Shown: positions 18,174 to 27,399, counted from the stretch's first letter. The stretch is 64,000 nt of DNA from a virus (IMGVR_UViG_3300014208_000028:29123-93122); one strand, 5' to 3'. Numbers and translations: made by a program. Notes: generated by a model from the letters alone, not told the origin.

Positions 18174-18249
18174 TGGTGGGGGCAGAGGAGTACGATTCCC
18201 CGACATTTTGCGTGTAAAGCAAACGCTCTCCCAATTGAGCTATGCCCCC
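18174..18249 (-). tRNA. tRNA-Val(UAC), CCA encoded, atypical T-loop ATCGTAC
   Basis: GGGGGCA/TGCCCCC acceptor, TTTGC-TTTACAC-GCAAA, A73. Confidence 0.9.
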
Positions 18250-18259
18250 ATTACTTATA

Positions 18260-18472
18260 TTATAACATTAATTCTATAATAATTTCAGCTATCATTACCA
18301 GCCCGCCCAAAAAAACGGTGCCGATTAAAAATGATTTATTAGAGAATATGCTACCATTTTCTTCCTGTACCATAAAATTTATATTCAATACTTTCTGTAT
18401 AAATAGAAGTACTGATAATATCTCTATACAAAATATAGAACTTACACATAATGCTTTTAAAAATATAATCAG
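18260..18472 (-). CDS. putative two-TM membrane protein with non-canonical (CTG) start
   Basis: 71-codon open frame (IIFLKALCVSSIFCIEILSVLLFI...FLIGTVFLGGLVMIAEIIIELML); CTG overlaps upstream TGA; not in ORF track. Confidence 0.45.
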   Translation of the reverse strand: MIIFLKALCVSSIFCIEILSVLLFIQKVLNINFMVQEENGSIFSNKSFLIGTVFLGGLVMIAEIIIELML

Positions 18473-19191
18473 ATTAAATTATTCCTTTTCCAAAAATTCT
18501 GGCGCAGATCTATAATTAATTGAGCTATCTTATATTTATCAGGATGATGAGGTAAGTAGGTCTTATTATAAAGTACTTCTCTTATCTCACGATCCATATC
18601 TTTTACATAAATAGATAAATCTTCATAAGATATTTTACCTTTTCGTATTTCTAATAATTCTTCAGCATCAGGACGTTTTATATTAATTTGTCCATCTCTT
18701 AAAGCTTCTTGGCCCATTTTCATAAGTCTAACAAGATGCATAGCATGTTTGCACATTTTAGGATCTTTATTTCTATATTCATTTTCTTTGATTTTAAAAA
18801 ACTGAGCATGTGCGTAACCAGTAGTAGTGTGAGCTATTTTAGAAGATAGAAACATATTCCTATTCCCCCTTAAAATATCATATTCAGGCGTCTTAAATAT
18901 AATGTCTTCTTCTGAAATATACACGCTCTCTAAAATATTAGGGTTACATCCTACTAGCAAATCTATAAAATGTTGATACTCATAAAATACGATGTCTGTT
19001 TCTTTATTCTCTATAATTTCATTTACTTTAAAGAAAGGACTTAGTGTGTTTATTGGATTACTAAAGAATATACCTCTAATATCTATATCACTTTCTGGCG
19101 TCGAAGTTCCGTAAGCGCGACTACCAGCATAATGAGAAACTATTAAGTTATTTTTAATTAGTTCCTCATTATTATAAAGTTTATATTCCAT
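18469..19191 (-). CDS. Pol-beta superfamily nucleotidyltransferase (RlaP/YcgL-like)
   Basis: GSRAYGTSTPESDIDIRGIF, NPNILE, KHAMHLVRLM, LLEIRKG. Confidence 0.9.
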   Translation of the reverse strand: MEYKLYNNEELIKNNLIVSHYAGSRAYGTSTPESDIDIRGIFFSNPINTLSPFFKVNEIIENKETDIVFYEYQHFIDLLVGCNPNILESVYISEEDIIFKTPEYDILRGNRNMFLSSKIAHTTTGYAHAQFFKIKENEYRNKDPKMCKHAMHLVRLMKMGQEALRDGQINIKRPDAEELLEIRKGKISYEDLSIYVKDMDREIREVLYNKTYLPHHPDKYKIAQLIIDLRQNFWKRNNLI

Positions 19192-19377
19192 TTAATTTCT
19201 CATTATATTTTCATTTCTCTCAAACATAATACAGTTATTAGGCGGATCAATATCATCTTTATAAGAAACTACTTCCCCAGTTTTTTTACATTCCCACTTC
19301 AGCCAACCACTTAAATTAGAAGTATGGAAACTATGTATACAGAAATAACAATTATGATCTTTTTTACTTGTCTCCAT
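19192..19377 (-). CDS. small Cys-rich protein
   Basis: CYFCIH...C...C. Confidence 0.6.
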   Translation of the reverse strand: METSKKDHNCYFCIHSFHTSNLSGWLKWECKKTGEVVSYKDDIDPPNNCIMFERNENIMRN

Positions 19378-19383
19378 AATCTC

Positions 19384-20034
19384 TTATTCCTTACTTTCTT
19401 CCATTCCCTCTGGAAAATTTAAAATACACTTATCGACGGCGGTCCCAATTAAATCGCGGCTACTAAGGTAATCACTAAAATAGAATATTAATTCAGGAAT
19501 AGAAAATTTAGATAAATCTCTATTATCTATACTATCTTTACTAGCACCCCAAGGACCCATATGACGCCTGATTAATTGAGTTATAAGTTTTAATTCGGCC
19601 CGAGAAATTATATCCAAAATTTCCGACTCCTTCTCTTCCAAAAGCTCTACCGCCTCTAAGGGATGGTTTTCAGAAAGAGAATGATCATTCCTATAATTCG
19701 CACGTTTGCACATATCATGACATATTACAGCTATCCGCATACAGTCTATCTCATCGTCAGTCAATACTCTTTTACATTCCCTACTTCCAGCAACTTTAGG
19801 GTATCTATACGCTTCTACTAGATAATTTAAAATAGAAATAGATCGTTTATTGTGTATGCACAATCCTCCCATTTTTTTTGTAGCTTCTGGATGGTATCGA
19901 CCAGAACTGCTAGGTCTAATAGTAAAAGTTCTTTCTGGCATTACGTTATCAATTAAATACTCACATAATTTTTTCAACTTCTCGGTCTTAAGCATAGAAA
20001 TTTCTTGTATATACAAATCAGTTTTCCAACTCAA
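19384..20034 (-). CDS. HD-domain phosphohydrolase
   Basis: SSSGRYHP...GGLCIH, CHDMCK, HP, HMGPW, SDYLSSR. Confidence 0.88.
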   Translation of the reverse strand: MSWKTDLYIQEISMLKTEKLKKLCEYLIDNVMPERTFTIRPSSSGRYHPEATKKMGGLCIHNKRSISILNYLVEAYRYPKVAGSRECKRVLTDDEIDCMRIAVICHDMCKRANYRNDHSLSENHPLEAVELLEEKESEILDIISRAELKLITQLIRRHMGPWGASKDSIDNRDLSKFSIPELIFYFSDYLSSRDLIGTAVDKCILNFPEGMEESKE

Positions 20035-20765
20035 TTTTTTTCTCCTTTATAATCTTTAGCGTACATCCATTTAAACTTATATGTTGTTTTATGTTTTCCC
20101 CTACAAACTCTTCCTATAGATCCGCTATATCTTTTTTGTTTAAGATTTAAATGTTTAGTCATTTCTTCTTCTGCTGAAGCAATACTAGGAAAAGTTTTAA
20201 TATATTCTCCAGTTAGACTAAGTTGTACTACGGGAATGCTTTTAGCTAAAACACTCATAGCATTAACCCACATTGGAGGCCCTTTTCCCATACGAGATTT
20301 ACTCATACTTTCACAATGTTTTTTAGAAAACTTCATACCCTTTCTAGATTCACTTAATTTTTTTCTTTGTTCTAGAGATATTACTTTCCCTCTATTAGAA
20401 TTTCCTATTTTTTCTCTATGCTCTTTTGTTAAATGCCCTCCAGCATTAGATATTTCAGTTCTAAAAGTACTATTCAATGAGTCTGGAGATCCTTTATATC
20501 TATCTAAGTAAATTTGTTCTACTTCTACTAAAATATCTACATCCACAAATTCTCTTATAAAAAAGTTCAAATACTGTTTACCATATTTATCTGCCCATCG
20601 TTGAAGAAGAATACTATCACTTCCTCTGTTTAATTGAGTATTATGACCATTATTTCTTTCTTTAAAATCATGTGTTCTACCTAAATAAAATTTATTATCT
20701 AAATCATTAGTAATAAAATATATTCCAGACTTATTTTTATCTTCTTTTTCAACCATAAATTTCAT
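20031..20765 (-). mobile_element. free-standing GIY-YIG homing endonuclease with NUMOD3 repeats and NUMOD1-like end
   Basis: SGIYFITN...FYLGRT, three NUMOD3-like repeats, FPSIASA...IGRVCRGK..T..FKW.Y. Confidence 0.88.
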
Positions 20766-20792
20766 ATCTAATTATATATCCCCAACTACCCA

Positions 20793-21648
20793 TCATTTCT
20801 TCCCTTTCATAAATCTAAAATTTTCAGAATAGTTTCTATGTTCTACTTTTTTAACTTCTATAAATTTATTTATAAATTCATTTTGTTCTTGCATTTCGTC
20901 ATAATCTTTAGCCGCTTGATATCTAGTCCAATAGCCTTTTATAGATTTTCTACAATTACTCATCTCACATTCTCTGCATATATTTTTATCTAACTTATCT
21001 TCTGGCCGACAACTTTCAACAATATTTTCATCAGCCAGTTTTTCTAGCCGAGTTTTATATTTTCTTTTATCATCCCAAGGATTCGTCATTTTCCCTCTTC
21101 AATATAATCACTCAATTTAATGCGTCTAACCTCTTTAAGTTCATATTCAACTATATCACATTTTAAATATTTTTCTGGAAGAGGATAATCACTAGGCCTA
21201 CCATACTTACCTATAAACTGTCTAAGATGAAGTCTTAAATTACATAAACGCCAAATTTTACCCCCTTGAAGCCTAAACCAAGGCTTAACTCCTCCAGTAG
21301 AGTATTCAGGGTTTTTATACTCATTTCTAGGAATTTCTATTCTATATACTTTCTCTGTAGGATTTAAACTAGCTAATACTTCTTTATCTAACTTTTTCAT
21401 CTACCGCCTCCTATAAGTACTGCATCTGCAATACTTTTAATTTTATTAACATTATCCCATTTAATTTCTTCATTAAAATCCATAACAGGTAAATCTTTTC
21501 TACTTTCAACTACTGCCCAATCCACTGAAGCCGCAAATCCCGGAGTCTGACCATGATCTGCGTCTGTATAGACGATACAATCATCTGGAAGGCCCTCTAG
21601 AGCCTGTTTAAGGTCTTTAACTGTCATCTCTTTAACTCCTACTATCAT
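20793..21648 (-). CDS. three hypothetical proteins (20793-21089, 21086-21400, 21397-21648)
   Basis: ATGA-coupled ORFs; the last has the common phage MTVKDLKQALEGLPDD motif. Confidence 0.65.
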
Positions 21649-22346
21649 ATATTATTTTCCCCATAACACTGTTTTATCTTCATAGCCCCTTCTTTTAATC
21701 CTATACGCTTTCTACCTAATTTAAACTTCCTAAAAAATTTAGAGCAGTTTACTTTTTCAGAAGTTTTAATTTCTATACCATTTAATTTTAAATCAAAACT
21801 AGTTATAGGAATTATAGGCTCTTTAATATAAAATACTTTAGATATAATTTGCGCCCAAGTATAGTAATCTACATATTCCGGCCCCGATAAATTATAAGAT
21901 TCGAATATTAGACTTTTACTTTGTCTAACTCTATCTAATATAGCATTTAAAGACGCTATTAAATCAGCTATATATAGAGGACTAATAAAAACATCTTTTA
22001 CGCCTAATAATTGTCCTGAAGGTTTTAAAAGATAATCTACATAAGTTATTTTATCTTTAATTTTCGGGCCATAAATAATGGGAGGTATTTTTAAATCTAT
22101 TAAACTAGCCGCCATATTCCATAACTTACCTCCACAATATCTACTATTATTTATAGTAATAATTGGAGCCTTATTCTCATCATCTTCTAGTATATGATCG
22201 TAAAAAGCTTTATTAGCCTCTTGATTATATATAATTACACAAGGAGCATGCCTTCTATCTTCATACTGATCTATAGAATTATATATAGGCCCGAATCCCG
22301 CTTTATTTAACCATAAATTTTCAAAACTATTCTCACCTATTATCAT
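21645..22346 (-). CDS. degenerate RmlD/extended-SDR-like protein
   Basis: C-terminal SPLYIADL, YNLSGPE..DYYTWAQII resemble the RmlD substrate domain; no GxxGxxG. Confidence 0.5.
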   Translation of the reverse strand: MIIGENSFENLWLNKAGFGPIYNSIDQYEDRRHAPCVIIYNQEANKAFYDHILEDDENKAPIITINNSRYCGGKLWNMAASLIDLKIPPIIYGPKIKDKITYVDYLLKPSGQLLGVKDVFISPLYIADLIASLNAILDRVRQSKSLIFESYNLSGPEYVDYYTWAQIISKVFYIKEPIIPITSFDLKLNGIEIKTSEKVNCSKFFRKFKLGRKRIGLKEGAMKIKQCYGENNI

Positions 22347-22419
22347 TAAAACTCCTTATATAAAAATAAAACAAGGAGCTATTCGCTCCTACTAGTTATA
22401 TTCTTTATACCATAAAATT

Positions 22420-23124
22420 TTATTTATTTTCTATTTTAAATTTAGCCATTAATTTATTTTTATAGTTAGTATCATTCAAACACATTACTGGCCGCGCCAT
22501 AGTTAGACTTCTATTATTTTTATTAGGTATAGCAGATAGTACATGATGCCAGCTTCCGCCGCCATAATGATTAATAGGTATATGATAATTTATTAAAGTT
22601 TTAAATCCGTTTCTATTTAATCTATAACAATACTCTTTATCACTTTCTATATGTACCATCCGCTCATCTAATATCCCCGACTTTTCCATAGCTTTTCTAT
22701 CTATAATCCAACAATGGCCGGTCACATAATTAGGAGGAGATATTATTCTAAAATTATTTATATCTCCATGACCGTTGAAAACACTTCCTACTAATCCTAC
22801 ATTCATATTTGGCTCAAAGCCTTTAAGTAAGTTATCTAACCAGTTTTCACATAGTATAATATCACTATTTAATAAGCATATCTTATCGGCCCCCGATAAA
22901 TAGCTTAAAATTAATAAATCATTAGCAGATCTACTAAACCATTGCTGTCTTCTATGTATTATTATTTTTTTGGCGGGCAAAGACTTTATATAATTATTAG
23001 TCTCTAAATTACTACCATCATCTACTATGTATAAAGTAAAATTATTAGTATAAGCTAATAAAGAATTTATCATAGCTTTTAATTTAGGTAATGCATTAAA
23101 AACCGGGATTCCGATAGCTATCAC
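22420..23124 (-). CDS. GT2 glycosyltransferase
   Basis: IPVFN, IVDDGS, LLNSD, GILDE...SDKEYCYR, HYGGGS. Confidence 0.9.
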   Translation of the reverse strand: MIAIGIPVFNALPKLKAMINSLLAYTNNFTLYIVDDGSNLETNNYIKSLPAKKIIIHRRQQWFSRSANDLLILSYLSGADKICLLNSDIILCENWLDNLLKGFEPNMNVGLVGSVFNGHGDINNFRIISPPNYVTGHCWIIDRKAMEKSGILDERMVHIESDKEYCYRLNRNGFKTLINYHIPINHYGGGSWHHVLSAIPNKNNRSLTMARPVMCLNDTNYKNKLMAKFKIENK

Positions 23125-24358
23125 GACTATTCCTTTGTAGATTTAACTCTACTGACTTTTCAATAAAAGCTTTTACTAATTTTATATTATCATAATCTTC
23201 CTGACTTTTTCTAAATTTCTCATCAAACTTTTCAAAGTCAAAATCTTTAAAATATGCGTCATACCAAAGATGAGCGTTAGTCTCTACATTATATTCTCTC
23301 ATAACTTTTTCTTTAATTTTAGCGCCCATAGATAATCTTAATTCTTTATTATCTATAAGTAACTGTAAGCATTTAATCCACTCACTATCCTTATTTTTCT
23401 TAACTATTAATCCGTCAATACCGTCTTCTATAGTATTTAAATAAGGATAAATAGGGGAGGCTACTGTAGGAATAGATAAGGCTCCATTTTCTATTACCTT
23501 TAAATTACTTTTGCCAGCGTTAAAGATATTATCGTGCAAAGGAGCTATACCAATATCCAATCTTAAACTAGCATATCTTAAATGATAATCTCCTATCTCT
23601 GTAGCGGGCCAGATTTCTAATTGATCGGGCGGAATATTATCTTTCAAGTAATCAGGAGCATACCCCATAAAAACTAAAACTACATTTTTATTCTTTAATA
23701 CTATTTCTTTTAAAGCATATAAGGCTATTTTTATATCATGATAATGTGTACTACTTCCAGCATATCCTATTCTAATTTTGCTATCTTTTTTAGGAAAAGA
23801 TAAATAACTATAACTAGATAATAATGAATTAGGTAATACTTGTATATTTTTACAAAACTCAGAATAGGCATTTTTTAAAGGCTCTGTACTTACTGTCATT
23901 ACGTCAGACAGTCTAAGACAATGAAGTACATCTTGTTTTACAGTTATATTAATTTCTTTTTCTTTTATTACCTTTCCAGTTTGCTTATCTCTTAATTTAA
24001 CTATCTCTTGTCTAGTCTGAGTAAATCCATATCTAGCGGGGTTATTAGGATGTATATTAATTAAATTATCATCAGTATCATATACTATCCTAGCCCCCTG
24101 ATTTTTAAATATTCTCATAGCCATTTGAATTTCAGGCCTATGCTGCCGACAAAAAACAACTACATGCGGTTTCCACTTAAACTTTATATCATCTATAAAA
24201 GTAGATACTACTACTTTACACAATTTATTTCTAGTCATTCCAAAACAAGGTAATAAAGCTCTATAATGTGCTGGGCCAGATAAATCTGCCGCGCAAATAA
24301 GAACTCGTTTGTCAGGAAATCCTTCTTTCTCTTTCATAAATTCTTTAACTAAATCCAT
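23096..24358 (-). CDS. GT4-like glycosyltransferase
   Basis: YDTDD, IGYAGSSTH, DIGIAPL..N.FN.GKSNLKVIE, IEDGIDG. Confidence 0.9.
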   Translation of the reverse strand: MDLVKEFMKEKEGFPDKRVLICAADLSGPAHYRALLPCFGMTRNKLCKVVVSTFIDDIKFKWKPHVVVFCRQHRPEIQMAMRIFKNQGARIVYDTDDNLINIHPNNPARYGFTQTRQEIVKLRDKQTGKVIKEKEINITVKQDVLHCLRLSDVMTVSTEPLKNAYSEFCKNIQVLPNSLLSSYSYLSFPKKDSKIRIGYAGSSTHYHDIKIALYALKEIVLKNKNVVLVFMGYAPDYLKDNIPPDQLEIWPATEIGDYHLRYASLRLDIGIAPLHDNIFNAGKSNLKVIENGALSIPTVASPIYPYLNTIEDGIDGLIVKKNKDSEWIKCLQLLIDNKELRLSMGAKIKEKVMREYNVETNAHLWYDAYFKDFDFEKFDEKFRKSQEDYDNIKLVKAFIEKSVELNLQRNSRDSYRNPGF

Positions 24359-24478
24359 GCTTTATCCTTTTAAAAAATATTTTAAAAATATGATACGTAC
24401 TCTATATATTTTATTTTTATTATGTTAGTCTATTATTAGACCACTTATGGTATTTTTATTTTAAGGAAACCTCTAATT

Positions 24479-24868
24479 ATGAATGTTGAAGATCCTCGTA
24501 TTGTTGAGCTTGAGAGACTTGTTGATAATTTAAAAGAACAACTAATCTCCATCCAGATTAAAGGGACTCTCGATAAATTAGAAACGATGCAGTCTCAATT
24601 AGATGAGATTAAAAATATAGTAAGAGATATCGCTGCTGATGCCCATCCTACTCCTTGTAATCAACTCGAAGAGGCTAAAAAAACTATAACTGAAACTACT
24701 TGTTTAAAATTAGCCGTCATTACGGATAAATTAGACTCTCTTTCTGCCGAATTTAATAAGCATAAAGAGAATCATGTTAGTAATTGGAAATTAATTTTTT
24801 CATACATCTCCAGTGGAATTGGCTGGTTAGTAGCTACAGCTTTAGCTATCCTTTCTTATATGAAATAA
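24479..24868 (+). CDS. coiled-coil protein with C-terminal TM (holin/XhlA-like)
   Basis: Heptad-rich N-terminus, C-terminal GIGWLVATALAILSY; near lysis genes. Confidence 0.55.
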   Translation: MNVEDPRIVELERLVDNLKEQLISIQIKGTLDKLETMQSQLDEIKNIVRDIAADAHPTPCNQLEEAKKTITETTCLKLAVITDKLDSLSAEFNKHKENHVSNWKLIFSYISSGIGWLVATALAILSYMK

Positions 24869-24869
24869 A

Positions 24870-25556
24870 TTATTTAGGAAGTAATCTTCTTTCAACTCTC
24901 AATGTTATTGCAGGGTTTACTATAACTTCGCCCGTAGGAGATATATTAGAAGTAACCCCTACTCCAAGACTTACTTCAGTTTTCTTACCCGTCTCAATGG
25001 CTATACGGGCTTCTGCGGGCAATCCTGCAACACCATAACCGGCCTCTACTTCAGCATTTAAACGAATAGGATGATAAGGAGTAGAATCAGCTAACTCCTT
25101 TTGAGTCTTAATTAATAAGTTTCTACAAGGAGCCGCAACAGCGTCATCATAAGCTGGAAGAATATTTACGCTTAAAGCATTACGAAGTAAGTCAGAGCTT
25201 TCAGCAGTCCAATATTTAGTAGAACTTTTATAAGGTATTGCTATAGTTTCTAAACAATCTTTACAATCAGAAGGAAAATTATCTGCTATAGTTTTTACGG
25301 GCACTTTTAATTTAATTATTTTAATAATAGTTTTAGGTTTAATTTTAGCCATTTCTTCTTTTAAAGCTTGGACCGCATCTTCTCTATCAAATTTCTCAGT
25401 CAATAATATAGATTCAGTTTTAGCTTTACCATCAGCATAAACTTTAATTTTATTATAAGTATATATTCCAGCTAGTAATACTAATAAACAAATAATTACT
25501 ATACCTATAATCTTAACTTTACTGCCCGCCAAAAATCCTTTTATCTTTTCAAACAT
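24870..25556 (-). CDS. membrane-anchored protein, spanin candidate
   Basis: N-terminal TM, helical region, C-terminal amphipathic beta strands. Confidence 0.5.
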   Translation of the reverse strand: MFEKIKGFLAGSKVKIIGIVIICLLVLLAGIYTYNKIKVYADGKAKTESILLTEKFDREDAVQALKEEMAKIKPKTIIKIIKLKVPVKTIADNFPSDCKDCLETIAIPYKSSTKYWTAESSDLLRNALSVNILPAYDDAVAAPCRNLLIKTQKELADSTPYHPIRLNAEVEAGYGVAGLPAEARIAIETGKKTEVSLGVGVTSNISPTGEVIVNPAITLRVERRLLPK

Positions 25557-25574
25557 TATTTACCCCTTATATCT

Positions 25575-25658
25575 AAAAATTAGGGAAGAGAAATGGTTTG
25601 AGCCACTTCCCTTCCCAACAGAAGGAGGAGAACCTGAGAAGCTGCAATCTCTTCTCAT
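25575..25658 (-). ncRNA. putative sRNA with exposed anti-SD (CUCCUCCUU)
   Basis: Directly after GTTATAAT promoter; 7-bp 5' hairpin, single-stranded linker, 14-bp terminator stem with G.U pairs on minus strand. Confidence 0.55.
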
Positions 25659-25663
25659 ACTTA

Positions 25664-25840
25664 TTATAACGTATTTTCCTCGCTTTTTTCAGGAGGCATG
25701 AAGTTAATGATGTTATCATTTTCTACTTTTTTAACCGCTCCATCCAAAAGAACATAACTGACTGTTTCTCCGATTCGTGCAATCGGTCCACGAACCAACT
25801 CTTTTCCTAGTCTTACTTTCACGACATCCCCGATTTCCAT
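25664..25840 (-). CDS. 58-aa KOW/SH3-like small protein
   Basis: MEIGDVVKVRLGKELVRGPIARIGETVSYVLLDG...; GGAGG RBS; own promoter at 25880; not in ORF track. Confidence 0.7.
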   Translation of the reverse strand: MEIGDVVKVRLGKELVRGPIARIGETVSYVLLDGAVKKVENDNIINFMPPEKSEENTL

Positions 25841-25908
25841 GTGTGACCTCCAGTAAAGTATGACATTAGTACAAATATTTTATAACATATTAATTAAAAA
25901 AATATCAG

Positions 25909-26157
25909 CTACTTTTCTACTATATCGATAGCTTTATACGAAATTTTAATAGACTTACCATGAGAAGCGGCCCAGAAAATAGTCTCCAAAGCTTTCTCAA
26001 TTTTACTATAAGTACCTCTAATATATTTAATATCATCATCTAAACATTTTATAGATACTATCATAGCATTATCTAACGTAGATGTACTGACCTGTACATC
26101 ATCAGGCGAATTAACCAAACCCTTTACAATTTCAGCCGCATAAACATTAATATCCAT
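25909..26157 (-). CDS. KhpA-like single KH-domain protein
   Basis: IVKGLVNSPDDVQVS...DDIKYIRG..SK..KALETI matches the KhpA pattern; GxxG loop degenerate. Confidence 0.7.
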   Translation of the reverse strand: MDINVYAAEIVKGLVNSPDDVQVSTSTLDNAMIVSIKCLDDDIKYIRGTYSKIEKALETIFWAASHGKSIKISYKAIDIVEK

Positions 26158-26216
26158 CTCTATTTACCTCCACTTAAACTTAGTATACTTATATTATACT
26201 TATAATTAATTATAAA

Positions 26217-26876
26217 TCAAATACTTGCTTTTAATAATTCATCCTCATTATCTATATACTTATTCCACTGAAAGTATTTATCCATAAAATTCATCGACCG
26301 TTTAAATAATTCATTTCTAAAGTTAGCCATATACCACGGTCTTAACTTGCACAATCTCATAGTTTTATTAAGTACTAATACTTGTCCATTATCTCTAACG
26401 CCTATAACTCCAAATGGATGTTTGCGATTAGGATCTGCACTTATTTTTTCAGCTAATTCTATAGGAGCGGCGTACATAAAATAATTCGGCCGCCAAGAGA
26501 GATCAAAAAAATTAAGCAGCGCGTCATACTTATATACTGGAGCCACTTTAAAACTTTCATATAAAGACCTTAATTTTTCGGGGGCTACAATTTTTTTAAG
26601 TTTAGATATCTCTTTTTCTAAAATTAAATTATGAGCTTTATCCAGATCACTTAATACTTCTCTAAGCTGATAAGTATGTTTAAGTTTATCATTGTTATAA
26701 TCAGCCCAACTACGCTTAATCTCTACTTCTAAGATACCTTTATGACTGCCCCAAGCAATTAAATCGGCCTCCCATACACTATAAGAAATTCTAGGAACTA
26801 CCCACCAATACTGGTTCATCTTTAAATATCTATAAATTTTTACTTCTATATCTTTTACAGGTAATGTATTTTTCAT
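26217..26876 (-). CDS. PD-(D/E)xK nuclease-like (MmcB-like)
   Basis: EADLI...EVEIKRSWADY..D..KH, PNYFMYAAP, FGVI. Confidence 0.7.
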   Translation of the reverse strand: MKNTLPVKDIEVKIYRYLKMNQYWWVVPRISYSVWEADLIAWGSHKGILEVEIKRSWADYNNDKLKHTYQLREVLSDLDKAHNLILEKEISKLKKIVAPEKLRSLYESFKVAPVYKYDALLNFFDLSWRPNYFMYAAPIELAEKISADPNRKHPFGVIGVRDNGQVLVLNKTMRLCKLRPWYMANFRNELFKRSMNFMDKYFQWNKYIDNEDELLKASI

Positions 26877-26903
26877 ACGTTTATATTACCATAATTTATA
26901 AAT

Positions 26904-26970
26904 AAAAAAAGGGGCCGGACTAGGTTTCCCCAATCATGCCCTGACCCCTTCTAAGAGAATATTTTCTCTC
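26904..26970 (-). ncRNA. putative ~67-nt sRNA
   Basis: After TGTTATAAAA promoter: GAGAGAA/TTCTCTT hairpin, then AAGGGGTC/GGCCCCTT plus GATTGGG-GAAA-CCTAGTC stem and T-run; no ORF. Confidence 0.5.
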
Positions 26971-26991
26971 ATATATTTTATAACATATTTT

Positions 26992-27399
26992 TTAAGAAAT
27001 TTTCAACTGCATAGCTTTAATAATTTTAGGATTATTATAGAAATGTTCTTCTGCTATTTTTTTAAGTTTATCTATAGCCCCTTCCTCATCTTCTAATTTT
27101 TTAACTATAGAAGGGGTATCTGTTATACTATCTGCTATTTCTAATCCCCATACATTATCTCTTTTAAAAATACCGAAATAATACCCGCGATTTATAGATA
27201 CCCAACTATTATCTTCAGATCTTATTTTCCAATCTAATTTAAAACTATCTAAATATTCTTGATTATAATTTCCTTTAAAAAAGTCATCAAAAATAGTATA
27301 TAAATCTTTTGTAAATTCATCATACTTAGATATTTTAAGGGCAGATGGGTATAGTTTAACCATTACTTTTTCAAGTAAGTACCATTGAATCTCATTCAT
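26992..27399 (-). CDS. hypothetical protein
   Basis: 135-aa ORF, AGGAG RBS. Confidence 0.7.
   Translation of the reverse strand: MNEIQWYLLEKVMVKLYPSALKISKYDEFTKDLYTIFDDFFKGNYNQEYLDSFKLDWKIRSEDNSWVSINRGYYFGIFKRDNVWGLEIADSITDTPSIVKKLEDEEGAIDKLKKIAEEHFYNNPKIIKAMQLKIS

Noticed and set aside
18102-18515. 137-aa plus-strand ORF
   Set aside because: Antisense shadow of tRNA-Thr and tRNA-Val
20031-20792. Group I intron around the GIY-YIG gene
   Set aside because: It overlaps the HD gene start and has only 27 nt upstream, leaving no room for an intron core; flanking genes look intact
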